Below are positions 6,845-15,890 of a stretch of DNA of 35,866 bases, piece after piece. The notes beneath the pieces were generated by a model that did no database searches, was not told the origin of the DNA, and saw only the letters and a list, made by a program, of their open reading frames with translations. The position numbers and the translations under genes are program-made. Origin of the DNA: a virus (Duplodnaviria > Caudoviricetes); the IMG/VR virus record IMGVR_UViG_3300043781_000015, positions 1 to 35,866 of that record; one strand, given 5' to 3'. Positions within the stretch are counted from its first letter, which is position 1, and each line of letters opens with the position of its first letter.

Positions 6845-6936
6845 ATAAAAAAAGCCCTACACACGGCGGTGTTAAAAAAGAAGAGGACTTTCACTTCCTT
6901 TTTTGTTGATATAGTTTGGTGCCATGTGTAGGGCTT
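6845..6936 (-). terminator. long stem-loop / terminator downstream of lysin
   Basis: AAGCCCTACACA (6852-6863) pairs with TGTGTAGGGCTT (6925-6936); T-run follows on the minus strand. Confidence 0.6.
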
Positions 6937-6953
6937 ATATTCAATTGTAGATA

Positions 6954-7871
6954 TTATTCAAACTTTCCGTACGCCTCGCCAGTCTTGGCGTTGCGGACAG
7001 CTACATAGCCATAGCCGTTGCCACGTGGTTGACGCACGTAGACGAACTCGTTGCCCCGCGACCAGGCATCGTACTTGATAACACTGCCAGCTGGCAGGAC
7101 CGCAATCGTGGATGCGCTTGGCAGAGCACCCCAACGCAGATGTAGAGCCGTGTTGCTGACAAATTTGCCGTCTTCGGCGTGCCAGACTGCGCCTAAGTTG
7201 TCCGTCCACGTGATCTGCTTGTTAACAGGCTTAGGCGTTGGCGTAACTGCCTTTGGCTCATCGCTAGTGGTGTCCGCGTTAGTGTAAAATCCGCTAAAGT
7301 CGTACGACATATCAACGCCGGTACCGGCAATCTTATAGTTGTCGGTCCATTGCCACGTGCCCACGTTGTCAACGCCAGGCTGACTAACACCATAGTTGGC
7401 AACCCACTTGTTTTTTGCGATCAGTTGAGCAGCATTAAGCCGGCCCTGCCAGAACCAAGACGCCATTGAGTAGATGTCGACCTTAGGATAACCAGCGTCC
7501 TTGACCGCTTGCAAAAAGGCGTTGGCATCACTGGTTGCATACTTGGCATTAGCTTTGTCTTCAATGTCCAGTGCCAAAACTGACTCCGGACCCAAGCCAA
7601 ACTTTTTAGCGTGGTCGGTAAACCATTTAGCCTCGTTGCGTGCGTCCTGATTACCGTTAAAGCGCGCGTAGTGATAGCCGTGCACGAGCAACCCTACTGA
7701 CCGCGCGTTGTTGATCTGGGCTTGTGCCTTAGGATTGACGTACGCGTCGCCATCTGCTGAGCCTTGCGTCAGCTTAACGATGACGGCTTTAACACCTGCA
7801 TTTTTAGCTGCTTGAAAAAAGCTAACAGTATCTGGCTGATACCCGGATACGTCCATGACGAGATTAGCCAT
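6954..7871 (-). CDS. lys: endolysin, GH25 muramidase plus SH3-like cell-wall binding domain
   Basis: MANLVMDVSGYQP, ALDIED, WVANYG, WQWTD GH25 motifs; PT linker; C-terminal LHLRWGA...IKYDAW...YVRQPR. Confidence 0.93.
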   Translation of the reverse strand: MANLVMDVSGYQPDTVSFFQAAKNAGVKAVIVKLTQGSADGDAYVNPKAQAQINNARSVGLLVHGYHYARFNGNQDARNEAKWFTDHAKKFGLGPESVLALDIEDKANAKYATSDANAFLQAVKDAGYPKVDIYSMASWFWQGRLNAAQLIAKNKWVANYGVSQPGVDNVGTWQWTDNYKIAGTGVDMSYDFSGFYTNADTTSDEPKAVTPTPKPVNKQITWTDNLGAVWHAEDGKFVSNTALHLRWGALPSASTIAVLPAGSVIKYDAWSRGNEFVYVRQPRGNGYGYVAVRNAKTGEAYGKFE

Positions 7872-7872
7872 T

Positions 7873-8286
7873 TTACTTATCTCCCTTCTGCTTAGCGCCG
7901 GTAATGGCGTTGTAGTCCGTTGCGTCATAGTCTGACTGGAGTTTGACCAGAATTGTTTTGATCTGTGGTGGTAACCACAGCCCCATCTCGCCCCAGTTTT
8001 CCGTGATTGAAGTTAGGTAGTTAAGGACAAAGCCCCATACGATCGTCTGTGCCAGCCAATCGAAACCCAGACTGCACAAAAATGGGTAGGCCGCGATAAC
8101 TAAAATCAAAACAAGCGTGTGCTTGATGAGACCAAACAGTCCCTTTGTTGAGTTGGTCTTGCGTACAAATGCTGCGCGTGTATACCCCGTGATCACGTCC
8201 GCAATCACGCACAGGATTAAACCGATGATCAACGCATTGTCTGGCAGGTGCTTGATCTGTTGCAGTAAAACGATATGATATGGCAT
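7873..8286 (-). CDS. hol: phage holin (toxin secretion/phage lysis holin family)
   Basis: IADVITG...NSTKGLFGLIKH...SITENWGEMGLWLP; directly upstream of lysin. Confidence 0.9.
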   Translation of the reverse strand: MPYHIVLLQQIKHLPDNALIIGLILCVIADVITGYTRAAFVRKTNSTKGLFGLIKHTLVLILVIAAYPFLCSLGFDWLAQTIVWGFVLNYLTSITENWGEMGLWLPPQIKTILVKLQSDYDATDYNAITGAKQKGDK

Positions 8287-8351
8287 TCAAATTTCCCCTA
8301 TCCAGCCGCCCCACGTGGTACTGTTAGCTTTCTTCGGCGACTTATTTTAAG

Positions 8352-8540
8352 TTAGCTAGGCTTGACTGTATCCGTGCTTGCGGGTTCGCTGGTACTTGCT
8401 GACGTAGATACGCCTAAGATTTGGTTTTCTTGGTCAGCGCTCAGGTCGCCGACTTCAACGAAAAGGTCCAGGTCGTCCTTAGTAAACAGCTTCATCTCGT
8501 AGTAGCTCTTGTAGATGCCAAACATAAAATCGTTAGCCAT
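8352..8540 (-). CDS. XkdX-like small protein
   Basis: YKSYYEMKLFTKDDLDLFVEVGDLSADQENQILG pattern; located before the holin. Confidence 0.75.
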   Translation of the reverse strand: MANDFMFGIYKSYYEMKLFTKDDLDLFVEVGDLSADQENQILGVSTSASTSEPASTDTVKPS

Positions 8541-8551
8541 GTTATCTCCTC

Positions 8552-9112
8552 CTAAGCATTCGTCGTAGTGGTGTCAGTAGCCATTTTCTTCTTGATTTCG
8601 GTTAAGTCTTTCATCAAGTTGGCATTAAGCTTAGCCTGCGTGGCTACGCTCGTTTGCAGACCGGCAATGCGGACCATCAACTGCTTGTTGAGCTGGTCTT
8701 GCGCGTCCGGTTCTGGCGTTGCCGGCTTGTTGAGCGCGTCGATTTCTTCTTGCGTTAGCGTCTCAATCCACTTGCCTTGCGTAGCATCCCACTTTGGCTT
8801 ATGCATTCCCGCACCATTAGCGTCATATGGTACGACCGTTGTTTCGTCGGCTTCCAGTGGTGCACCGTCTGGGATCAGCACTGAGCCGTCCCAGTAGCCG
8901 TTAGTGTCATAGTGATAGGCCGTGACGAGCTGGTCGCCGCCAACCCACTTGGTACCGTTAAAAAACCGGTTGTTGTCGGTAGGTGCTACGTCCGTCTGAC
9001 CGTCCTTTAGCGCAGTGCCTTCAGCGACGCTGATCGTGCCGGTAAAGGCATGCAGACGGTCGGTCGTGTCGTACGTGTAGACGAGCACTTGCTTTACATT
9101 TTCGTCCGCCAT
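8552..9112 (-). CDS. tail fibre-associated/chaperone-like protein
   Basis: Duplicated YxYD...TxVAP/VVP...FNGTKW/WDATQGKW modules plus C-terminal coiled coil; precedes XkdX. Confidence 0.6.
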   Translation of the reverse strand: MADENVKQVLVYTYDTTDRLHAFTGTISVAEGTALKDGQTDVAPTDNNRFFNGTKWVGGDQLVTAYHYDTNGYWDGSVLIPDGAPLEADETTVVPYDANGAGMHKPKWDATQGKWIETLTQEEIDALNKPATPEPDAQDQLNKQLMVRIAGLQTSVATQAKLNANLMKDLTEIKKKMATDTTTTNA

Positions 9113-9129
9113 GTTTTACTTCCTTTCTG

Positions 9130-9537
9130 TTAGTCGACATGGATATACGTCATCGAGACAACTTGATCTTTCTGCTCAACATTTGCGTTGGTCCACCAAA
9201 TAAAATCGGTTGAGATGTAGTTGTTGAGCGTGGAATCGGCATTACATGCAACAATAACCGGATGAGACGGAGCCAAGTTGGTTGTCACCGTTAAAATTGG
9301 TTTGCTGTTGCATGCAACCGGGCAATCAAGCTGGTCAAACGCCATGTTGACGAGCTTAAATCCGTTAAACTGCACGTACCAGCACTTAAAGTTTTGAGCG
9401 CTGGCCCCATTTTTAAAGGTGATGCCGCTGTTGGTTGATACAGCACCATCAACAGGCAGTTTGTTAAGTAATGCAGAGTTTTCGTTAAGAGTCGTAAGCC
9501 AGTCCTCTTGTCCGTTTTTAATTAAATTGATTGCCAT
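9130..9537 (-). CDS. hypothetical structural protein
   Basis: AAGGAGG RBS, ATG 9537 (MAINLIKNGQEDWLTTLNEN). Confidence 0.7.
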   Translation of the reverse strand: MAINLIKNGQEDWLTTLNENSALLNKLPVDGAVSTNSGITFKNGASAQNFKCWYVQFNGFKLVNMAFDQLDCPVACNSKPILTVTTNLAPSHPVIVACNADSTLNNYISTDFIWWTNANVEQKDQVVSMTYIHVD

Positions 9538-9539
9538 CT

Positions 9540-10406
9540 TTATGCCTCCTTTGGCCAGAATGTTACTTGACGCCACTTAGACCAGGCATTGTTTTCATAT
9601 CCCCGCACAAAAGCGTTCTGATCAGCGTCGGTGAAAACCTGCAGCAAGTGTGATGCATTACCGTGAATGCTAAGCAATCCCAGTTTCCCATTTGGCAAAT
9701 TGCCAGCAGAAGTCGTCGTTACATAGTAGCTCATACCAGGCGTGGTCAAAGTGTTGAGATCGTCGCCGGTATTCTGAGCTACCATATAACCATTCACATA
9801 ATTCTGCATATCAACTGTTGTTGGGATACCCTTCGTGTTGATCAAACTCGTTGCAGTTTCCAAAGCCGACTGAGCAGACTTAAGCTGTGCTGTCAAGGTT
9901 GCAATGGATGTGCCCTTGATCATCTCATCTGCTTTTGACTTTAAGTCGTTGATGACGTCTTCAAGCCGGTTGCTGTAGCTGTCATATAGCGTGTTGAAGC
10001 TAACTGTTTGCCCTAAGACATTCAAATTAAAGTCCAACGTGGAAATTCTTTCGTTGGTGTCTGGATTGGTTATCACAAAGGCACCTGTCATGATACCGGG
10101 ATTCTGGAACATTTCTGCTGCCCAGATCACTGTAAAAAATCCACGTTTTAAGTCGTCAGACTGCGCAACTTCTTTAGCACAGTTGGAAAGCACAAAGGAT
10201 TTTCCTGCGCTATCAGTTGCTTCAATTTGAAAGCCGTAGCCGGTCATATCCTGTGGCCGACCGTCCATTTTCAGTGCTAGTGGCATTGGTGCTTGACTGT
10301 CGCCAACGCGCCCTTGAAAATATGGCGTTAAATCGACAATCGAGCTTGCATTCGATTGCGCGTCCCGGACCAGGTCCAAGACAACTCGCGTATTAATCGC
10401 TGCCAT
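9540..10406 (-). CDS. BppU-like baseplate/fibre protein with C-terminal knob domain
   Basis: QGRVGDS...STLDFNLNV BppU-like N-terminus, coiled coil, C-terminal ...GLLSI...QVFTD...WSKWRQVTFW. Confidence 0.75.
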   Translation of the reverse strand: MAAINTRVVLDLVRDAQSNASSIVDLTPYFQGRVGDSQAPMPLALKMDGRPQDMTGYGFQIEATDSAGKSFVLSNCAKEVAQSDDLKRGFFTVIWAAEMFQNPGIMTGAFVITNPDTNERISTLDFNLNVLGQTVSFNTLYDSYSNRLEDVINDLKSKADEMIKGTSIATLTAQLKSAQSALETATSLINTKGIPTTVDMQNYVNGYMVAQNTGDDLNTLTTPGMSYYVTTTSAGNLPNGKLGLLSIHGNASHLLQVFTDADQNAFVRGYENNAWSKWRQVTFWPKEA

Positions 10407-10408
10407 AA

Positions 10409-10816
10409 TCAGTCTCCTTTCATATCATTTGCATAGCGTTCGAGCTGTCCTAGCAGCTCAAGCGCTCGTTTAAAGTCATCATCTAAAACGGTCTTGGCCT
10501 CGCTGAAAGCTAACGATGTTGGCATGACCACACTATATGGTGGCGTCAGTGGCTCACCATCAGCATCCCAGTCAATTAGCTGCTGATTGTTGTATAGCGT
10601 AACCAAGTCGTTAATATCAGCAGCCATTTTCTTTAACGCTCGAAACATCCATAGTCTGACATTGCGATTAAGCGCAGTTTCATTACACTCTTCTACGGTC
10701 AGCACTGGAACAATAAGCTCATAGTCATCATTAACTTCTATTTCTAGCTGATACAGGTAGGCAATCTTTTGGTATACAGCAACGATACTGCTTGTCGTAT
10801 AGCCAATTAAATCCAT
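10409..10816 (-). CDS. hypothetical tail-region protein
   Basis: GGAGG RBS; coupled to neighbouring genes. Confidence 0.7.
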   Translation of the reverse strand: MDLIGYTTSSIVAVYQKIAYLYQLEIEVNDDYELIVPVLTVEECNETALNRNVRLWMFRALKKMAADINDLVTLYNNQQLIDWDADGEPLTPPYSVVMPTSLAFSEAKTVLDDDFKRALELLGQLERYANDMKGD

Positions 10817-10831
10817 CTAAGATCACCTCCC

Positions 10832-11602
10832 TTAACTGTGTGGCCAGAACGTTACGTTGCGCCAAGCGGTCCAGGCGCCATTGTGCTTGTTGCGGATATA
10901 CAGGTTGTCGGATACTGTGTGCATGGTCTGAGTGATAATTCCGCCGGCATTAATGACTTTGAGCAAGCCAGTCTCACTATTTGGCTTGCCATTAACACTC
11001 GTTGAATTGACGCCATAGTATCCAGACGTTGTTAGACCATCGCACGTGCCAGAAGTAACTGCCGTAACCGCAAACGGGTCTTTTAATACGTCGTTAGGAT
11101 CATCAACCGTTAAATGCCAATGACCATCGCTTTTGTTGATATATGGCTTATAGCTCGTACCAGACATACCGGTTGCGCCAGTGGCACCCTGTTCGCCTTG
11201 CACGCCTTGTGGGCCTTGTGCACCTTGTACGCCTTGTTTACCTTGCGGACCTTGGACACCTTGTGCACCAGACATATCAGTGACCAGTGACGCCTTACCG
11301 CCAGTCCATACAAACAGCTTGGCATTGTCTGCGTCATTTACGGTTGAGTCGATAATTGCAAAGTCGCCTTCGCTCAAATCGTTTGGCCCGTTAGCGTTAA
11401 GCAGTGCTACGGTTGCGTAGGTCTTTTTAATACTAAAAGGCTTGCCAGCTGGCCCTTGAATACCTTGCGGCCCTTGTACGCCTTGTTTACCTTGCGGACC
11501 TTGGACACCTTGTGCTCCAGTAGCACCGGTATCCCCCTTATCGCCTTTATCACCTTTCGGCCCTTGAGCTACCACGCCCAAGTCAATGTCAGTTGTTGCC
11601 AA
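10832..11602 (-). CDS. collagen-like fibre protein with C-terminal knob domain
   Basis: Two Gly-X-Y tracts; C-terminal GLLKV...[20 protein letters not shown]. Confidence 0.85.
   Translation of the reverse strand: MATTDIDLGVVAQGPKGDKGDKGDTGATGAQGVQGPQGKQGVQGPQGIQGPAGKPFSIKKTYATVALLNANGPNDLSEGDFAIIDSTVNDADNAKLFVWTGGKASLVTDMSGAQGVQGPQGKQGVQGAQGPQGVQGEQGATGATGMSGTSYKPYINKSDGHWHLTVDDPNDVLKDPFAVTAVTSGTCDGLTTSGYYGVNSTSVNGKPNSETGLLKVINAGGIITQTMHTVSDNLYIRNKHNGAWTAWRNVTFWPHS
11223..11515. repeat. 44-bp exact direct repeat in collagen-coding tracts (11223-11266, 11472-11515)
   Basis: CCTTGTACGCCTTGTTTACCTTGCGGACCTTGGACACCTTGTGC occurs twice. Confidence 0.85.
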
Positions 11603-11617
11603 TTTCTCACCGCCTTT

Positions 11618-12055
11618 CTATGACCAGAATGTAATTTCACGCCAAGCTGTCCATGTTGAACCATCACGGCGGTTACGCACGTAGACATTGGCACCAGCAT
11701 CACCGTAGTATGTCTGTACAACCATACGGCCAGCAACTTTGACATCAAGCAAGCCCCAGTTACCATCTTTTGGCCCGTTCTTGCCTTGATAGGGTGAGAA
11801 CCGTATGTCATAGTGACCTTCAGATGTCAGATTGTTAAAGTCAGTTGACGTACTCGTGATTGTTCCTTTAAACACTGTAGCAGGTGGCCCTTGTGGACCC
11901 TGTGGACCTTGAACTCCCTGCTTACCCTGTGGGCCGGTATCGCCCTTATCACCCTTAGGCCCTTGAATTCCTTGTGGGCCGGTTGCTCCGGTATTGCCTT
12001 GTGGGCCTTGTGGTCCACGTGCTACCACTCCCAAGTCAATATCTTGTGTTGCCAC
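11618..12055 (-). CDS. short collagen-like fibre protein with C-terminal knob domain
   Basis: [20 protein letters not shown]...; C-terminal WGLLDV...[21 protein letters not shown]. Confidence 0.85.
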   Translation of the reverse strand: MATQDIDLGVVARGPQGPQGNTGATGPQGIQGPKGDKGDTGPQGKQGVQGPQGPQGPPATVFKGTITSTSTDFNNLTSEGHYDIRFSPYQGKNGPKDGNWGLLDVKVAGRMVVQTYYGDAGANVYVRNRRDGSTWTAWREITFWS

Positions 12056-12066
12056 TCACTCACCTC

Positions 12067-13329
12067 CTAACTCCATTGCGTCGTTAACCGCCATGCCGTC
12101 CACGTGCCATTGTGACGGGTACGGGTATAGCAGTCGGCAGTCGCACTATCGATGTACGTCTGCCACACTTCATTGCTGTTGGCCCTAATCGTCAGTAAAC
12201 CGCTAGTTGACGGTACATTGGTAACCGTGCCATCGATACGATAGCTGTCGTCCATCGTAAGGTCATTGGCGTTGCCCTGCGTGATCACACCAACGATAGC
12301 CGGCATGTCAACATTGTTGATCAGCCGGATATGCCAGTGCTTGTCGTCCGCAATGTAAGGCTGCCACGTTTGGCCGTCCTTACCGTCTTTGCCGGCAGAA
12401 CCGTCCTTGCCAGGTGCACCATCTGCACCTTTCAGCGACGCAAGCCATTGTGTCTGTGTGCCACTGTAGCCATTGGCTACGGCAACTTCATACGCCGACT
12501 TGCCGTCAGCTCCAGCATCGCCTTTCTCACCTTTAATCGTGCCGACCTTAGGCTTGATCAGTGCCCACATGTTGTCGCCGTCAGCGTTGTTAAACAAAAA
12601 AGCACCCGTAGGTGCCAGTTTAGGTATTTTGTTCTGACCATCTGGACTGGCGACCAGCATCTCGCCACCTTGTAGTTCAGTGGTGCTATGGTCAAACCCG
12701 ACAAAAGCGCCAGGCTTGATCGTGTAGTTGCCGTTTGGGTCGGTCGGCTCAACAACCGCGCTGTCCGGCTCTTTGATCAGCTTGCCGGCAATATCAACGT
12801 CCTTGTCCAGTGCGCTTGTGTAGCTACCCAGACCAGTCTTACTGTCGTATTGCCACATGTCGGCGTTGCTTGGCTGGTTACTGCCCCACGCCGCGATCCA
12901 ACGGTACACGCCCTGCTTGACGAGTGTTGCGTTGTCAAACTTAGCGTAGTTGCTCAATGAGCAGTACAGGCCGGTATTCCAGCCATAGCCAGCCCAAGCT
13001 TTGCGGAACGATTCAAAAATGCTCGGCCATGAGCCGGCAATCGTGCCTTCCATGTCCAGGAAGTAGTACACGTTAGGCTGGATATTAAGGCTCTTGGCGT
13101 TGTTGACCGAGTACTGCAGTTCGCCGTCCACACCTTCGTAGTAGTGATATACATGGACAATCAGCCCGGCTTTGGTCGCATTGCTGATATGGTCGGCGGC
13201 GTTGGTGTCCCGTGTCGTACCATGACCGATCCGCACGACTACTGCTTTGACGCCGTTAGTCTTGAGATTAGCCCAGTCGATACTGGTCGGCTGCCACTCC
13301 GATACGTCAACTACGTTTGCTGTTGTCAA
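12067..13329 (-). CDS. virion-associated GH25 muramidase-collagen-knob fusion protein
   Basis: VVDVSEWQ, FLDMEG, WIAAWG, MWQY GH25 motifs; GADGKSAYEVAV...WLASLKG collagen-type repeat; C-terminal WTAWRLTTQWS. Confidence 0.85.
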   Translation of the reverse strand: MTTANVVDVSEWQPTSIDWANLKTNGVKAVVVRIGHGTTRDTNAADHISNATKAGLIVHVYHYYEGVDGELQYSVNNAKSLNIQPNVYYFLDMEGTIAGSWPSIFESFRKAWAGYGWNTGLYCSLSNYAKFDNATLVKQGVYRWIAAWGSNQPSNADMWQYDSKTGLGSYTSALDKDVDIAGKLIKEPDSAVVEPTDPNGNYTIKPGAFVGFDHSTTELQGGEMLVASPDGQNKIPKLAPTGAFLFNNADGDNMWALIKPKVGTIKGEKGDAGADGKSAYEVAVANGYSGTQTQWLASLKGADGAPGKDGSAGKDGKDGQTWQPYIADDKHWHIRLINNVDMPAIVGVITQGNANDLTMDDSYRIDGTVTNVPSTSGLLTIRANSNEVWQTYIDSATADCYTRTRHNGTWTAWRLTTQWS

Positions 13330-15035
13330 ATGCCTTCACCTCCGTTTCGTTCCAAGCGCTTGTTTGAATCATCCCTGTTATTGCTGCTAATGATCAGTGA
13401 TTTAGTCTGCTCTTGCAGTCTGGACAGATTAGTCTGCTGTGACCGCTGAAAATCAAGAATGTTAGCAGCATTGCTGTTTAGCGTAACCGTAGACGATTGC
13501 GTATGGCTGTATGGATATTTCTGATACCCAACCAAGCCAAGTTTGGTGACGTAGTCAGCCGGCCTAATCTCCAACCGCACCATGTCGCCTTCGATAATCT
13601 CTTTGCCGGGGTCAACCGTAAGCTGCAGCGTAAAGTCTGGATTGGCTTTGAATTGTGACTCGGCATAAGCTTTCATCTGCTCCTTGTCAGTGATGGTGTC
13701 ACTGGTGATGTCATCCCCAACGAACAATCCCCAACGCTGACGGCTGGTTTCATCGACAAAATAAAAAGGAGCAAAGTAGTACTGCTCCTTAGAATCGGTT
13801 GTAGATGCCGTCCCATCATCACTTGATGAACCGCCGGCAACGACTTTGGCCATATCATCATTTCGCTCCCACCATGTCGGCGGGTAGTAGCTGATCGGCT
13901 CCGTCTTGCACACCTCGCCAGGCTGTGGCTCATAGATCATGGTACTGTTATCCAGAGCCATACAGATGTGATGGCTGGCACCTTTAGACCCATAGAATCC
14001 CATGTCGCCAGTCTGTACCTGGTCACGGCTGATTTCGTGGCCATAGGATTCCATTGATACGGTATAAGCCGGGATGTTGATTCCAAAATCATAGTAGACT
14101 CTGCTGACAAAACTCGAGCAGTCCATGCCGTTGTACGGATTGGCAGTGCCAACCGGTCGGCCATAGCCATATTTATACGGGACACCAAGGTACTTTTTGG
14201 CATCAGCGATAACGCTTTGAGCGCCACCACTGGCAGTCAGCGATCCATTAGGCAACCCAGTATCACTGGTAGTCTGGATTTCCTGCGTCGCGCCAACCAG
14301 ACGGGCAGCGTTTGTCATATCGGTTGTGTCATACTGCAACTGGACTTCCGAAGTATCACGCAGATAGTCATAGCGGTGGCCATAGTCTTTGTAAAACTCG
14401 TCATGCGAGTAGATACGCAGATTAAGATTATCTGGCCAAAAGACCGCTGACGACCACGCCTCCAGAATTCGGCTGATAGCGTCCTTACCAGAACCGGCTG
14501 CATAAGGGTTTTCAACCATTGCATTGTTAAAGCTGCCGATTACCTGGTAGGTGATGTTCCAGTTCTTACCGTTATCGCCACCAAAAAAGGCATTAAGGAT
14601 ATCACCTGGAGACACCGACTGAGCGACCGTGTCAGCGTTATCCGGCACGTCCAGGGATACATTGCTGTTACCAGTATGCGAGTATTGCCCCCAATCGACT
14701 GGATCACTACCATAGATATGCATACGGCTGATTTCACCGGAGATGTGCTGCAGAGTAACAGCTGTCGTACCAATGCCACCAGAGTAGTCCGGCTCGCACT
14801 GTTTAATGACAAACCACTGCCCGTCAATCTCAACCATGTTCTGCACGGTCAGCATTTGATAGGCAACGGACTCGTCATCCCAGGCTGTAAAGTACGCTTG
14901 GTAAGTGTTGTTGACTTCCCAACTGATATAGATGCTGTCTTCCAGTGCCGAGTGGAGCATGGCGATCTGATCATCGCCGTCAGGCACCTTCAGAACATGA
15001 TCTTTGGTAGCAGCTACCTTTAAAACTACGCTCAT
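13326..15035 (-). CDS. tail-associated lysin (Tal) with NlpC/P60 peptidase domain
   Basis: Follows Dit; AKKYLGVPYKYG...MDCSSFV...GDMGFY...HHICM NlpC/P60 motif; start ATG 15035. Confidence 0.85.
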   Translation of the reverse strand: MSVVLKVAATKDHVLKVPDGDDQIAMLHSALEDSIYISWEVNNTYQAYFTAWDDESVAYQMLTVQNMVEIDGQWFVIKQCEPDYSGGIGTTAVTLQHISGEISRMHIYGSDPVDWGQYSHTGNSNVSLDVPDNADTVAQSVSPGDILNAFFGGDNGKNWNITYQVIGSFNNAMVENPYAAGSGKDAISRILEAWSSAVFWPDNLNLRIYSHDEFYKDYGHRYDYLRDTSEVQLQYDTTDMTNAARLVGATQEIQTTSDTGLPNGSLTASGGAQSVIADAKKYLGVPYKYGYGRPVGTANPYNGMDCSSFVSRVYYDFGINIPAYTVSMESYGHEISRDQVQTGDMGFYGSKGASHHICMALDNSTMIYEPQPGEVCKTEPISYYPPTWWERNDDMAKVVAGGSSSDDGTASTTDSKEQYYFAPFYFVDETSRQRWGLFVGDDITSDTITDKEQMKAYAESQFKANPDFTLQLTVDPGKEIIEGDMVRLEIRPADYVTKLGLVGYQKYPYSHTQSSTVTLNSNAANILDFQRSQQTNLSRLQEQTKSLIISSNNRDDSNKRLERNGGEGI

Positions 15036-15875
15036 GACAGATAGACGAACGGAAAGCTGAACGTGATGTCCACACTGCCGGCTCCTTCGGCAGTAAAGCT
15101 GTTCCATCCGGGCTCCAACGATATTGTCCCGTAGTCAGTCTTGGCGTTGGCAAGGTTGCCGTCCAGATAGGTGTTAATCCCGTTGAGTACGACCGTATGA
15201 CTGCCATCGTTAGACTGCGTGTACTGCCAGCTGGTGCCATTGGTCTTGTTGGTAAGCTTAATGGAGTTGCCGTTAAACTTGCATGAGATCTTAAGATCAT
15301 GGCGCTGATAGTACGGGTCAACCGCAATATCACTGGCGTTGTAGACGTCAAAGCTTGTTGACGTAAAATGATAGCTCGGCAGATTCTTAGGCAGGTTCAT
15401 GCCGAACTGCCAGCCGTCAGCCACACTAGGCAGCGAATCGCTCCGATACAGCGAGTAGCGATAACCGTTCGGTACGTCAAACGGGAATCGAAAAGTTGGC
15501 GTCGTTAGACCCCGGGGTAATCGGCGCGATATCAAATGGCGTTGGGATGCCAAAGTATACCTTTCCTGGACTGGTATCAGTCCGTACCCGAACCAGCTTG
15601 CGCGAACCAAACAATCGATAAAGCTCATGCTTAGCCAATACAAGATCATCATATCCGCCAAAGCTGAGCCAGAATTTCTCGCTGAATGTCCTTTTAGCGA
15701 AAGTCTGGCCAGCAAATGGCGAACCGTCAGTGCCAGTCGTATCTTGAAACTGATTAGTGAATTGCGGCGACGAGCTGGCGTCGTCCAATCCGAGATAACG
15801 CAGTCCGGTTATCTGATCGCAGAGATTAACTTCCTGCTGATCGCCAACCTTGATCATGATATATGGATCCGACAT
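15032..15875 (-). CDS. distal tail protein (Dit), 1-nt frameshift near 15484
   Basis: ORFs 15477..15875 and 15032..15715 join as ...NDANFSIPFDVPNGYRYS...; C-terminal ISLEPGWNSF; lies between TMP and Tal. Confidence 0.8.
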
Positions 15876-15890
15876 CTGCCCATCCCCTTT

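Noticed and set aside
10832-13329. Possible DGR or invertible shufflon acting on fibre genes
   Set aside because: No reverse transcriptase, no adenine-specific TR/VR pair, no invertase and no inverted cassettes; the repeats are collagen codons.
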